Part shown: positions 26,401-38,487 of the stretch, in pieces | Numbering within the stretch: the stretch's first letter is position 1 | Layout of the letters: each line of letters begins with the position of its first letter | Source: Carcharhinus amblyrhynchos | Taxonomy: Eukaryota | DNA length: 64,000 nt | Reading direction: 5' to 3' | NCBI GenBank assembly: GCA_965287045.1 | Contig: OZ336881.1 | Coordinates: forward strand, 45,818,001-45,882,000 | The notes under the pieces: generated by a model | The model's input: the letters and a program-made list of their open reading frames with translations, nothing else | The model's database searches: none | Told to the model about the DNA's origin: nothing | Made by a program: the position numbers and the translations under genes

Positions 26401-27723
26401 AGTCAAACTGAATGGCAGCACCAATGTCTGAGAATCCTTATTCATGAGAGAATAGGACTGCAGCCAGGAACCAGGCAGTAGAGCAAGCATGGTGACTGAC
26501 TGTATTGATTAGCCAAGGCCCCGAATAAGAAAAATATCTGGAGCATCGGCAGTGAATATTCTCTGTAGCTAGTTTGTTCCTGAAAGTTATACTTTCCCTT
26601 GACAGTTTATACAGTTATGATACTGGTGGACTTTTTTTCTTAACCTTCATGCAGTATAGATTATGAAACCACACAATTCCTCTTGGCATAATTGGTATGA
26701 TTCCACAAAACAAGCATTAGGTTATGACAGACAAAACAGAACAGTGCCTGGTTGAGATAAAACAGATGGGATAGGAACTTGAACTGCACCTGCCCCACTA
26801 GGGAGGCTGAAGCAGCTGCAGTTCCAGCAGAAGCACAGGATGAAGCTGAGAGTTGAAGCAGTGATCAGAGAACTGCTTCCAGTGTGCCTTCCTTTAATGT
26901 AACAGGGGATGCATGACATATCCCATTATTGATACCATGCCACAGGGTGGGAAGCTGGATAGATTTGGGGGAAGACTGGAGATGTTCAATAACCTGGTGG
27001 TTGAGAATGGGTTGGATATAGCATCCAGTGGCATCAATGAGAGGGAGTCCACAGAATTTGTGATGGAACATCTGTACAGAAAAGCTTGGCAGGAAATATT
27101 GGAAAAAGTTGCAGATGCTCAAAGAGGTTTGTGGCAGATTTTTGACATCCAGGCATTAGTTTTTAGGGACAAGAGTAGTCTTTCAAAGCTACAGCGTAAG
27201 TTTTATGATTAAAAGCAAACCAAAGAAAAGGACCTGGTCTCTGTATCCCTGGATCTGGTGAAGTTGTTGACCACATTGCCTTCCTGGATCTTGCTTCAGT
27301 TCGACCAGGTATCTGCAGCTGAAAGATCGCCTTGCTGTTGCGTTGAGGGATGAAGATTTTCACAGGGATTTAATGAGACTCAACAGTGAAAACCCCAATT
27401 GTTTTCTTTGACATGTATATTTATTCTCTGGAGCATTTGCAGGATGGCAGGCTGTTACTAGTGGGGTATTGCAAGAATGAGAATTAGCTCCACAATATGT
27501 ATAAATAATTTAGATGTGAGGGCTAATTGTAATATTTCCAAATTTGCTAATGACACCAAACTGTGTGGGAACATAAGTTGTGAGGAGAATGCAAGGAGGC
27601 TTCACAGGTACTTGGACAGGATAAGTGAATGGGCTATAATTTGGCAGATGTTACATAAATGAGTAAGTGTGAAGTTACTCACTTCGGTGGTAAAAAAAAA
27701 CAAAAAGGTAAAATATTTCTTTA

Positions 27724-28610
27724 ATAGAACATAGAACATAGAACATTACAGCGCGGAACAGGCCCTTCGGCCCACAATGTTGCGCCGACCAGTCTTATTT
27801 TTAAAAAAAAACATTGACCCACTAATCTAAACCACTCCTTTTTCGTCCATAAACCTATCCACCAATCTCTTAAACGCCCCCAAACTAGGCGCATTTACAA
27901 CTGCAGCAGGCAGGGCATTCCAGTCCCTCACCACCCTCTGGGTAAAGAACCTGCCCCTGACATCCGTCCTATAACTACCCCCCCTTAATTTAAAGCCATG
28001 CCCCCTCGTGCTAGATTTCTCCATCCGAGGAAACAGGCTATCACCATCCACCCTATCTAAACCTCTAATCATCTTATATGTTTCTATAAGATCCCCTCTT
28101 AGCCGCCTTCTTTCCAGTGAAAACAACCCCAAATCCCTCAGTCTCTCCTCATAGGACCTCCCCTGCATACCAGGCAACATCCTGGTAAACCTCCTCTGCA
28201 CCCTCTCCAAAGCCTCCACATCCTTCCTGTAATGTGGGGACCAGAACTGCACACAGTACTCCAAGTGCGGCCGCACCAGAGTTGTGTACAGTTGCAACAT
28301 GACGCTGCGACTCCTAAATTCAATCCCCCTACCAATAAACGCCAAGACACCGTATGCCTTCTTAACAACCTTATCTACTTGATTCCCAACTTTCAGGGAT
28401 CTATGTACACATACACCTAGATCCCTCTGCTCCTCCACTCTATTCAAAGTCCTCCCGTTAGCCCTATACTCAACACATCTGTTATTCCTACCGAAATGGA
28501 TTACCTCACACTTCTCCGCATTAAACTCCATCCGCCACCTCGCGGCCCAGCTCTGCAACCTGTCCAAGTCACCCTGCAAACTTCGACACCCTTCCTCACA
28601 ATCTACCAAT
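27724..28610 (-). mobile_element. young 5'-truncated CR1 LINE (open 260-aa ORF2 C-terminus)
   Basis: LQGDLDRLQSWAARWRMEFNAEKC...LVRPHLEYCVQFWSP...TRGH. Tail (TAGAACA)3 at 27725. CpG-rich, so recent. Confidence 0.93.
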
Positions 28611-28650
28611 CTACTAATCTACCAATCTACCAATCTACCAATCTACTAAT
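28600..28650. repeat. 8-bp tandem repeat (AATCTACY) x6 at the CR1 5' junction
   Basis: aatctacc aatctact aatctacc aatctacc aatctacc aatctact aat. Confidence 0.9.
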
Positions 28651-31600
28651 GGTGAGAGAGTAGAAGTGTGGGGGTCAAAAAGGACTTGGGTGTTCTTGTT
28701 TATGACTCTAAAACTTAGGATTTAGGTAGAGCAAGGATTTTTTTGTTGCAGTATATAGAACTTTGGTGAGGCCACAGCAATTTTGGTTCCCCTATCTGAG
28801 GAGGGATATACTTACCATATATCACGTGAAACACAGGTTCACCAGATTAGTCCCTTGGATAGTGGGATTTTCTTATGAGGAAACTGGGTCTGTGTTCCCT
28901 AGAGTCGCCAAGAACAAGAGGTGGCCTTATTGAAACTGATTTTTTTACAGGGCATTATAGGGTGGATGTATATGAGATGTGTCCCCGGCTAGAGAAAGTA
29001 AAACGAGGGGACATAATCTTGGGTTAAGGGGTACACCATTTAAGACTGAGAAGAGGAGGAATGCCTTCTTCAGAGGATGGTGAATCTTTGGAATACTTCA
29101 CACCAGAATGCTGTGGAATTCAATCATTGAGCATATGCAAGACAAAAATTGATACAATTCTGGAGGTGACTAACATCAAACAAATGGAGATAGTAAGGGA
29201 AAATGATTTTGAAGTAGTTGATCAGCCATGATCTGATTGAATGGTGGAGCAGGCTCAAAGGAGTGAATGGCCTCCTTTGTTCCTATATTCTTATTGTATC
29301 ATTCAGAGCATAGGGTAAAACTAGACGTTTAAGACCAGGAAAGAGACCATGATCAGGGAGTTGGTGGGAACGTAATCCTCAAGCTGAAGAGGCAACAGAA
29401 TAGACTACTGCACAGCAAGCTCAAATCCAATTCTTGCTGCCGTTGATTGAGGACATATCGTCATGACAGGATATGTCCAGAGTATACTTCAAAGAGGTGC
29501 TGGAATTCCAACAGGGTTGGGCATTTCCAATGAAACTACCCTCAACATACACTACAAACATCAAGCATGATAACTCTGTCTCCAAAACCCCATTCCTCAT
29601 CCAACATCAGAAGATACAGGCCTAGCAAAGTAAATGAAAATGCTGAGGCCCTCAGCTGGATGACTGACTATGGAAGACAACCTACTTTTGCCAGGTTAGA
29701 GAGGATTATAGTAGATGCCATGCCCATACCTCAAGAAAAGGCAGCATTCACACACCAATCCTCTGTAGAATCTGGAAATGGAATCATCATAATTTCACCA
29801 AAGCAGGAAGGTGGTTTGGCATTGATCATCACACCCATAACATCAGATGTGGAGCTGGAAGTCAAACTCAGAAAGCCATTCCCACGGGGGAAATGCTTGA
29901 TGCCAAAAGTTGAGTGAATGATTTGAGGGCAAGGAGCCCACTTAACAGTTTGGTGGAACCTGAAGCAGTAGCTGACAGTAGTCTAAGTGAAGAGGAATCA
30001 GATAGTGATAGGACATCCTGGAATGTGTGTGTCAGGGATTCTGTGAGTGCTTCTGTACAGTGGCTGACTCTAGTGTTGGTAGGAAATGCCAAGATGTCTG
30101 ACAGGGAATGCTGCTGATCATATGTTCCACTGGAGACTTGATCAATTTCAATCCCTATATGGCTGATCCATCACAGAGTCTGGGTAATTTTGGCAGTGCT
30201 TGATTAGAAGGAGGGCTATGATGGTCATCTTGAGCAAGTGCTGGATATCATCCCAACCCATACCATTTGTCCAGATTAGTGATGCACAAAGGGAATGTTC
30301 CCACCAACATGGACTTGAATCTGCTAGCTGTTGTATCTCAATTGAACCAGCTGATTATGCAGTGGCTTAGTAAGCAGTCACTGTGTGATATGTCTCATTG
30401 CTGAGACGGCAAGGCACAAGTTGGGAAGCGTTTTTAGGGATCCCCAGCAGCAGGTGGCGATATTGAAAAAAAAATACTGAGGAGGGGAACTGGTTGGCCC
30501 ATGTGCATCTCTCCCTGCAGGGAGCAGTGTCTTTCACAAGTTGAGGGACAGTGCCAAATTTTGTCAGATAGGGAGAAAGCAACAAGGATTAATTCAGGGT
30601 GTGTGACAGGAGCCTAGGGGAGTTTGAATCTCCTCATATTGGCTGTAGAGACTAGGAAGGATCTGGAAACCTAGCCAAGCTACCTTGCAACACTCTGGAG
30701 TCTGAGAAACCATGAGAGGATAGGACTGCAGCGAGGAGCTGGGCAACAGGATAAGTCTGAATAAGCCTGGGAGTTGGCTGTGTTGAGGAGTCAATGTCTT
30801 GTCTAAATAGGGCAGAGATTTGAAGCAGTGATATTCTAAGTTTGTTTCTTGGACTTGCACTTTCCCTTGAGAGTTTATACAGTTGTGACGCTGGTGGGAT
30901 AAGGGAATATTGACTTTAACCTTTGTTGCTGTTTGGGTGCTTAATCCCTATGTTGCCCTAGCATCTTGAGCTACCCTGTTTGTGCTATAATTAGTGACTG
31001 ATCACTGACTCATTCCATGAACCCTGTCATTCTTTGGGGTTGGCTTTTTCTCCCAGTCATATCAGTACAATCTCCACTCATTATCCAAGTAGATCTGACT
31101 CTTATGTGCATTAATCAATTTCAATCAAATCATTCTTTTAAGTACTCACAAACGCCACCCTTCTGAAGCTTCAGTGGGATCCTCTCATACATGGTGCACA
31201 AGCTGTTCATTCTTGTTAGCTTCAGGTCTGAACTATTCTGAAAGGCTAACTACAGCTTGCTAATTTTAGGAAAATGGGATACTAAACATGTCATGTCAGC
31301 ACAACTAGTGCAATCAGTAAGAGTGTGAAAGGTTATCAGAAGATAGGCAGGGATGGGAAGTTGCGATTCAAACTAGTTCAGTCATGATCTTATCCACTGA
31401 GGATCAGGCTCGAGGGGTCAAGTGGCCTACTTTTGCTTTTAATTCCTATGTTCATCTAAGCAAAAGAGATCAAATCACCAATAATGTGCGTTAGCCTCAT
31501 GGAGCAGGCACTGCAATGGGATAATGACCAAATTCAGGCATGATCCAATTTCATGCATTCAAGGTTCCAAGATAAGTTGGGATGATAAAATCTTTGCAAA

Positions 31601-33499
31601 CTGATTTCATATTTCTGGAACAGCAACTGTGCTTGATTCTAATTATTTGTTCTCAGGATGGGTGTGATACTTGCAAAATTACATTTATTGGCTCGCACCA
31701 GTTTCTCAAAGAATGGTAAAGTTTTCCTTTGAAATTTTACAGTTTTTGTTCTGAAAGTGTTTTCACAATCATGTTAATGGAAAGAGCTTGTATTTAAATT
31801 GTGCTTTTTGTGACTGCAGGACTAATAAATTGTTTGAAATTGAAGCATAGTATGAAGTGTAATAATTGTTGGAATGGAGGAAGATATTGTGCAAAGTAAA
31901 GCCCCACAAATGGCAGTGATGATGAACACCCTAGTGACCTGTCAGCTTAGATTGTGACAAAGTTTTTGACTTTGTTTTTAACTGACAACTTCTGAATTAA
32001 AAATAAGAGTGCTATCATTGCATCAAGTTTCATACTTGAAGGTAGGGAATGCTAGGATTTTGACCCAGTGATGATAAAGGTACAGTTATGTGGCTTTCTG
32101 GGAATGTTATTGTGATACTACTACAAATATGGCTGCACTTCAAGTAAATCCCATGTACTGGCTTCAACAACCATCTCCAGTGATCACCTGAATAAAGAAA
32201 TGCTTTCGGGATTCTGTCACAAACTGGCCATTCAAAACCTTGTTTGTACACTTGTCCTACTGCTTTAGTATAGTTGAAACATATTGGGAAGGATTTAATA
32301 TGGTGGCAAAGGAAACCATAATCTGGTTGCACCCTTGCTGACCTGACCTCTGGAATCACACCTACCCAAGCTCCAGGCTCTCCTGAGGATATTTAATTGC
32401 TGCGCTATTAACTGGGGTCAAGAGCAAGGGTGGATAGGTGTCCACAACAAGGTCTGAGTGTGGTTTCTGTGGGCTGCACTTTCCTGATGCTGGATCCCTT
32501 AAATGGGCATGCAGTGCCTGAGAACTCCTCTACAAAGCCTGCAGCCAAACCAAACAGGATTTGTTGGATGAAGTGTCTCCTCCCTGCCAATGGTTGAATG
32601 GCAGTGAAATGAGACCCTGATGTAGCCTATTCGGAGCCTCAATTGGCCTCTAGGCACAGTGGCCACCCACAATCCCTTCAGCTCTGGACTTAATAGGGGG
32701 AAGGTAGCTGCACCTCCACACTGTACCCCCTGCCCCTGCAGTCCCCTCCCCCCACAAATCACACAGCCCCTTAAAAGTCAACCATTGTTTCTTACCTTTT
32801 CTGTGATGTGATTTTGGGGCTAAACAGCCCTACCTTGGCTAAATGATTGTTAGATTTGATCCTCCTTACATCAACGATCAGGCCTGTTGCTCACCTCTGC
32901 CCTGCCTCTGTGTTTTGATGATTTTCTTATGATACCATGGCCACAGTTCAATTGAATTTCAGCACGATCACGAAGATTTCAATTCAGCAAATTTGGCAAT
33001 ATAGCTCATCATTTTTGTACTCTTGGTTGCCATCTCATATTTGAAAGTTTTTAAGTTCAGTGATAATATCTTGCGTTTTATTCAATCTGAACTTGATTTG
33101 CTATATCGAAGCAAATGCAAGTCTTCTAACTTTCCCTGTCTTATCTTTTGCACTGATGACAAGGATTTGATAATAATTCCAGCTTTTTTTGGTGAAAAAA
33201 TGACCACATGGGGAATATTTTACAGAGGACACAGCTAGGCAATGACACATGATAATGAATAGAAATGAAGTGCAGGCATTACTTTTTTTCCCATGTTATG
33301 TGAATCATAATTTAGAAACGTCTAATTATTATGCCTAGAGGTGAGTAATTTTCCTCATCTTATAGTTTTGTCATGCTTGCCTTTCCAAAATAATTTATAA
33401 TTATTATAGTGCTATGGTAAAGTGTATCATTCTGATGGCAATATATATACTTATTCTTTCTTGCTTGCTTTTTGATGGTCAAAGGCCTGCTGTCATATC

Positions 33500-33628
33500 T
33501 TTTATTTGTTATTGCATCTTTCTCTCCTTTTAGCAGCATGTTTGCGCTAAATTATTTCTGATGTTTGCTAACATGCCACTAATGCTTACTAACCTTTTAC
33601 ATATTTTGCTTTTATTTTGCTGGCAAAG
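33500..33628 (+). promoter_or_regulatory. splicing-regulatory region upstream of SS6 microexon
   Basis: Four CTAA motifs (33547, 33568, 33579, 33589) including TACTAAC, GCATG at 33536, and TGC motifs between the U-rich tract and the AG. Confidence 0.6.
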
Positions 33629-33655
33629 TTGCATTGATGAAAGCTGACTTGCAAG
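33629..33655 (+). CDS. NRXN1: 27-nt alternatively spliced neurexin SS6 microexon (VALMKADLQ), between LNS5 and EGF3
   Basis: aag|TTGCATTGATGAAAGCTGACTTGCAAG|gtagat, phase 1 to 1. The peptide matches the mammalian NRXN1 splice-site-6 insert as I recall it. A TACTAAC branch point lies at 33587-33593. Confidence 0.92.
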
Positions 33656-34062
33656 GTAGATAGCTGTGTGTTTGTACAAAACAAGACTGAAATCTATGTT
33701 TGTGCAATACTTATACAAACAGCACATATCTGCTTTGGAACTCGATCGCATTCATGTCAAAATTTCAGAATCAGATCAATATTTTTAAGAAGTATTGCCT
33801 ATATGGGACTTTCAGTCTTGAATGTTTCTATATCAGTTATTTTAGTATGTTGAGTACATTTGTTTTACATTCTTCTTTGGATTCTGGTTTCCACTAGTAA
33901 CTGTTTTAGAAACGTAAAGTTATTTTCTTCATTCTGACATCCAACCTAACCATGTTCCTTTCTATGTCCAATTATCAGTTGACAGAACGCATGCAAAACT
34001 CATTAATATAAGACTAATGATGTGCTTAGGCCAAAATGCATGTTTTGTCTGTTCTAACTTAG

Positions 34063-34182
34063 GGCCAAGCACAACCTGCCAAGAGGATTCTTGTGGAAAC
34101 CAAGGTGTCTGTCTACAGCAGTGGGATGGCTTCAGTTGTGATTGCACTATGACTTCCTATACGGGAACCCTGTGTAATGACC
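34063..34182 (+). CDS. NRXN1: alpha-neurexin EGF3 exon, 120 nt, phase 1 to 1
   Basis: Acceptor ttttgtctgttctaacttag|GG, donor GACC|gtaagt. Encodes [40 protein letters not shown], a six-Cys EGF domain. Confidence 0.96.
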
Positions 34183-35298
34183 GTAAGTACACAAATGGGT
34201 GTTTGGGATGTATCATGCTGTTGTGGTTCCAAAATTATTGCATTGCTTTGAACTTTGACAAATTATAATGCAGCCTGAAGTTGAAGGATTTGTGCAATAA
34301 TCCAATGAGTGTGGGATCATTTGATAAAGAGGTTGATTATGAAGGGCAAAATTAAATGCTGAAACCAATATAAGGTGCTGCTGATCTAATTGTTTCAGGT
34401 GCAATGAGTGGTGCTTAATAAAAATATTGCTGAATGTGGTTGTCCAAAAGTAAAAAATGTATAAATATGGCAGAGTTCTGTAAAGTTTGTTTGAGAGTAT
34501 CTTCCTAATTTGATGTTGCCTAACAGTGTCTTTCTGTGGCATTATTCTGTGAAATTAGCTAAATGAGAAGCAGTGGTGAATAGAAGTCTAGTTAGTGAAG
34601 GTAGATTGTGTGAAGTGCACTGATACGTTGAGTAACGTGTAGGAAATATTTAGCTTGCCAGAGCAATACACTATCACATTGTTAACTGATCTTTGGCTCA
34701 GTCTGCTTCTTTCTTATCCTGATTGCAGCCAATCACCTGATTCTGCTGCTCTTTTCCAATACTCAAGGGATGATTCTAACCCTGATTGCCACGCAGACAG
34801 GAAGTTAAAATCATTAGTGGATTTCCCATTATCAGCTCTCTTTGACACACGTGAGATTATGACCTGTTAGCCCAGTCCTCCTTTAAATTTGCAGAATGGG
34901 CTCCAATGATGACATTATTCAGGCCTGATTATATTCCAGTTGTGGGCCTGAGCAGGGAAGCTCTTGTGGCTTTCCTCTGCAAGATCAGAATTCAGAGCCT
35001 GAAGAGGTCCAAAAAGCCCACATTTTTCACTTTCTTGTAGGATCATGAACACCAAGAAATGCTCCCCCCGGCCTCTCAAAGAAGATCTAGGCCTTACCTA
35101 CCCAGGACTTCCTCAGATGATCAACCCACTGGCATGTTGGGAATTATTACTTTGGTCATTGGCTGCCAGCCTTTGTCATTGCTCACTCACCTGCCAGCCA
35201 CTGATTGTTGGTTACAGGTAGAAAATTAACTGGAATTTAATGCCCTCCCTTTAGGTATGTTTGGAGGCAGTGGAGTATTTAATCAAGCGGGAGGCTGT

Positions 35299-36980
35299 AG
35301 GTAGCATTGATCATAGTAGTATTATAAGAACATAAGAAATAGGAGCAGGCGTAGGCCATCTAGCCCTTCGAGCCTGCCCTGCCATTCAATAAGATCATGG
35401 CTGATCTGTCGTGGCTCAGTTCCACCTTCCCGCCCTCTCCCCATAACCCTTAATCCCCTCTCTTATCAAAAACCCATCAACCCGCGTCTTAAAAATATTT
35501 AGCCAGGCAGCCTCCACCACTTCAACGGGCAGAGAATTCCAGAGATTCACCACCCTTTGAGTGAAGAAGTTCCTCCTCAACTCCGTTCTAAACCGCCCCC
35601 CCTTTATCTTGAGGCTGTGCCCCCTAGTCCTACTGTCTTTTTTGAGCGAGAAGAGTCTCTCCACCTCTATCCTATCCATCCCATTCATCATCTTATACGT
35701 CTCAATGAGATCTCCCCTCATTCTTCTAAACTCCAACGAGTACAAGCCTAGTTTATTCAGCCTGTCCTCATAGCTCAACCCCCTCAACTCCGGTATCAGC
35801 CGAGTAAACCTCCTCTGCATTCCCTCCAAGGCCAAAATATCTTTGCGCAGGTGCGGCCTCACCAATGCCCTATACAGCTGCAGCAAGACCTTCCTCCTTT
35901 TATATTCAATCCCCCTCGCTATGAAGGCCAGCATCCCATTCGCCTTCCTGACCACCTGCTGCACCTGCAAGCTGGGTTTTTGCAACTCATGCACAAGGAC
36001 CCCGAGGTCCCTCTGCACCGTCGCCTGCTGCAGTTTTTCACCACGTAAGTAATAGTCCTTCCTACCATTCTTCCTACCAAAGTGGACCACCTCACACTTG
36101 CTAACATTAAATTCCATTTGCCATTTCCTGGCCCATTCGCCCAGCCTATCTAGATCCTTCTGCAGACTCTCCACACTCTCCGCACAATTTGCCATTCCCC
36201 CAATCTTGGTGTCATCAGCAAATTTCGACACCCTACACTCGGTTCCCTCCTCCAGATCATCTATATAAATGGTAAAAAGCTGAGGCCCCAGCACCGACCC
36301 CTGGGGCACTCCACTAGTCACCATCCGCCAATCCGAATAGCACCCGTTGACCCCCACTCTCTGCCTCCTATTTGACAACCAATCCTCTATCCACGCTAAC
36401 ACCCTACCCCCAACTCCATGTCCCTCGACCTTCTGCAATAACCTCTTGTGAGGTACTTTGTCAAACGCCTTCTGAAATTCCAGAAAGACCACATCCACCG
36501 GCTCTCCTCTATCCACCGCCCTAGACACATCCTCATAGAACTCCAGTAAATTTGTCAGACACGACTTCCCTTTAATGAAACCATGCTGTGTCCGCTCTGT
36601 CAAGCAATTGCCTTCAAGATGCCTCGCAATTTCCTCCTTAATGACGGATTCTAACATTTTACCTACCACAGACGAGGTCCAGTCTAATGATCTGGGGACA
36701 TAAGTCAAATCCCAACGTGGCAGCTGCTGGAACTTGAATTCAATTCATAAAATTGGAAATGAAATCTAGTCTCAATAATGGTGATCTTGGAACCATTGGT
36801 GATAGTCATAAAAACCCACCTGATTCACAAATGCCACATTAGAGAATAAAATCTATCTGTGTGTGACTCCAGTCCCAGAGCAAGTTGGTTGACTTTTAAC
36901 TGCTGTCTAAAATAGCTTAGTGAGCCATTCAGTTCAAAGACAATCAGGATAGGCATCCAATGTTGGCCTGGCCCTGAAGT
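35299..36980 (+). mobile_element. SacSINE1-like DeuSINE split by the CR1 insertion (35299-35324 plus 36673-36980)
   Basis: Head ggtagcattgatcatagtagtatt continues as gaggtccagtctaatgatctggggaca...aaatccca...gcagctg and the Deu-like core. Confidence 0.65.
35325..36672 (-). mobile_element. young 5'-truncated CR1 LINE (RT domain to 3' tail), probably RT-dead
   Basis: 430-aa ORF: QHGF...KSCLTNL...FLEFQKAFDKV...SGVPQGSVLGP...FADD. Tail taagaacataagaa. Contains an in-frame 10-aa deletion. Confidence 0.95.
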
Positions 36981-38298
36981 CCGATTAAAGAATACATAAA
37001 GTATGGTGACCCTGTCACCTTCCTTTCTCTGCCCGGATTAAGTCCAGGGTTGAAAGACACGTCAATGCTTCCTACCCCAGTGCCAATTGAGGTCCTTAAG
37101 TGAGCAATTAATGTCTATTTAAGGGTTTCATCCCGCTGTGACTGGTATTCATTCACTGACAGCCAAGACAGTTACCGTGCAAGAGGCTTGAAAAGGAAAC
37201 CTTGAGTTTGGTTGCGGCTCCCAGGGGATCCCCTGAGTACCTCTGAATGAGGGGCCTGGTATTCACATGAAGGGGCTGCTGAGAGCTACCCCCTGCCCTT
37301 TCTTCCAAATCTCTGTGCCCCCACTAGCCAGTGATGCACTTCTTGCAATCTTCAACCTACACTTACCTGTAGCCTAGATCCTGCATTGCTAGCAGCTACC
37401 ATCTAGTGGCAGTATTGAGCAATGAGGAACGACCGGCCGCTGTTTAACTCGCAACTCCCGGAGCGCGGAGATGGACTTCTGGAGTCTCACAATCCTGATA
37501 TCCTGGACCTCAGGGAAATTTTGCCACTGGCTACTTCAGTGCTTTTCTGGCATTTAATATGGTAGGCCTTACCCAAAGAAAGTGTCGCACCAACATGTCA
37601 AGTCTCCAATGATGTAACTAAATTGCAGATTTAACTCAGGATTTATGACATTAAATCTTTCTTTTACCATCATATTTAATGATGTTAGATAAATATAATT
37701 TTGAGCAAGTTACTGAAATGTTAATGTTCGTTGCATAATTATAAAAATTGCAAGATCAGAAGACGTCAGAAAGCATGACATTGAAGCCAGCCAGCTTCTC
37801 AAAGTATTGTTTCACAACTCCCGGGAGAATGCACCTGATTCTGTATTGTACATGAAAGACATTAATACATTACAAATACATAGAACAAAGTACAAATAAT
37901 GGGCTTTTGGCTTCTTGCGAGAGATAGTGAGTGTGATGCAAGCATTTTAATTAATGAGGTGGGTAAATGTTATGGATGGTAATTTCTTTCAACTACGTTT
38001 CTTTGAAAAAGTAGGGAAATAATAGATGATTTGAAGAATGTTAGCTAAACAACAATTAAGAAACTTTTTTGTTTAAACAGGCTTATTACTTTCTGAAATA
38101 AGTTACTCCACATGAAAGCCTAACCTTACTAAATTTCCAGACTTACTAAAAGAATGCTCGGCAGAATCTGCTGCCACGAAACAGGATGAAATTTTGATTT
38201 GATCTGTGTCATTGAAGAGGCTCAAGTTTAGACTAAACAACTCTCAAAAAGAGGAAATAATACCTTTGACCTTTACAGTCTTATGATTGGTACTCATT

Positions 38299-38487
38299 GG
38301 GCAGGATTTTCCATGCTTCGGAGTGGCAGAGGTAGCTTACCGTTGCCAACAGCGGGATCTTCTGATCCTGCCGCTGTCAACAGGGTTTCCCATTCTACAC
38401 ATCTCCCTCACTGTTTAGAAACCTGTGGCAGGGGTTTTTCATCAGCAGGACCGGAAGATCCCGCGAGCGAGAACGGCCAGAAAATAA
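38299..38487. mobile_element. short MITE
   Basis: Internal inverted repeats cgggatcttctgatcctgc / gcaggaccggaagatcccg. Related fragment at about 56590-56700. Confidence 0.6.

Larger units (their letters stand above)
27440..29290 (+). mobile_element. old CR1 LINE fragment interrupted by a younger CR1
   Basis: ORF 27477 ICINNLD...ISKFANDTKL...LDRISEWA. Resumes at 28650 (ggtgagagag...) and runs to the tail ttcctatattcttat. Confidence 0.8.

Noticed and set aside
26062-26490. 142-aa Leu/Ser-rich minus-strand ORF
   Set aside because: Reverse complement of a purine-rich tract, with no recognisable domain or splice structure.
27827-28609. 260-aa ORF as an independent gene
   Set aside because: C-terminus of CR1 ORF2 in a truncated insertion.
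8433-34268. ORF-track starts and stops for the neurexin ORFs
   Set aside because: They run into introns; the true limits are the GT-AG sites listed under features.
35416-36708. 430-aa ORF as a host gene, retron or other RT system
   Set aside because: 5'-truncated CR1 ORF2 with a LINE tail; the start is borrowed from flanking sequence and a motif Asp is mutated.
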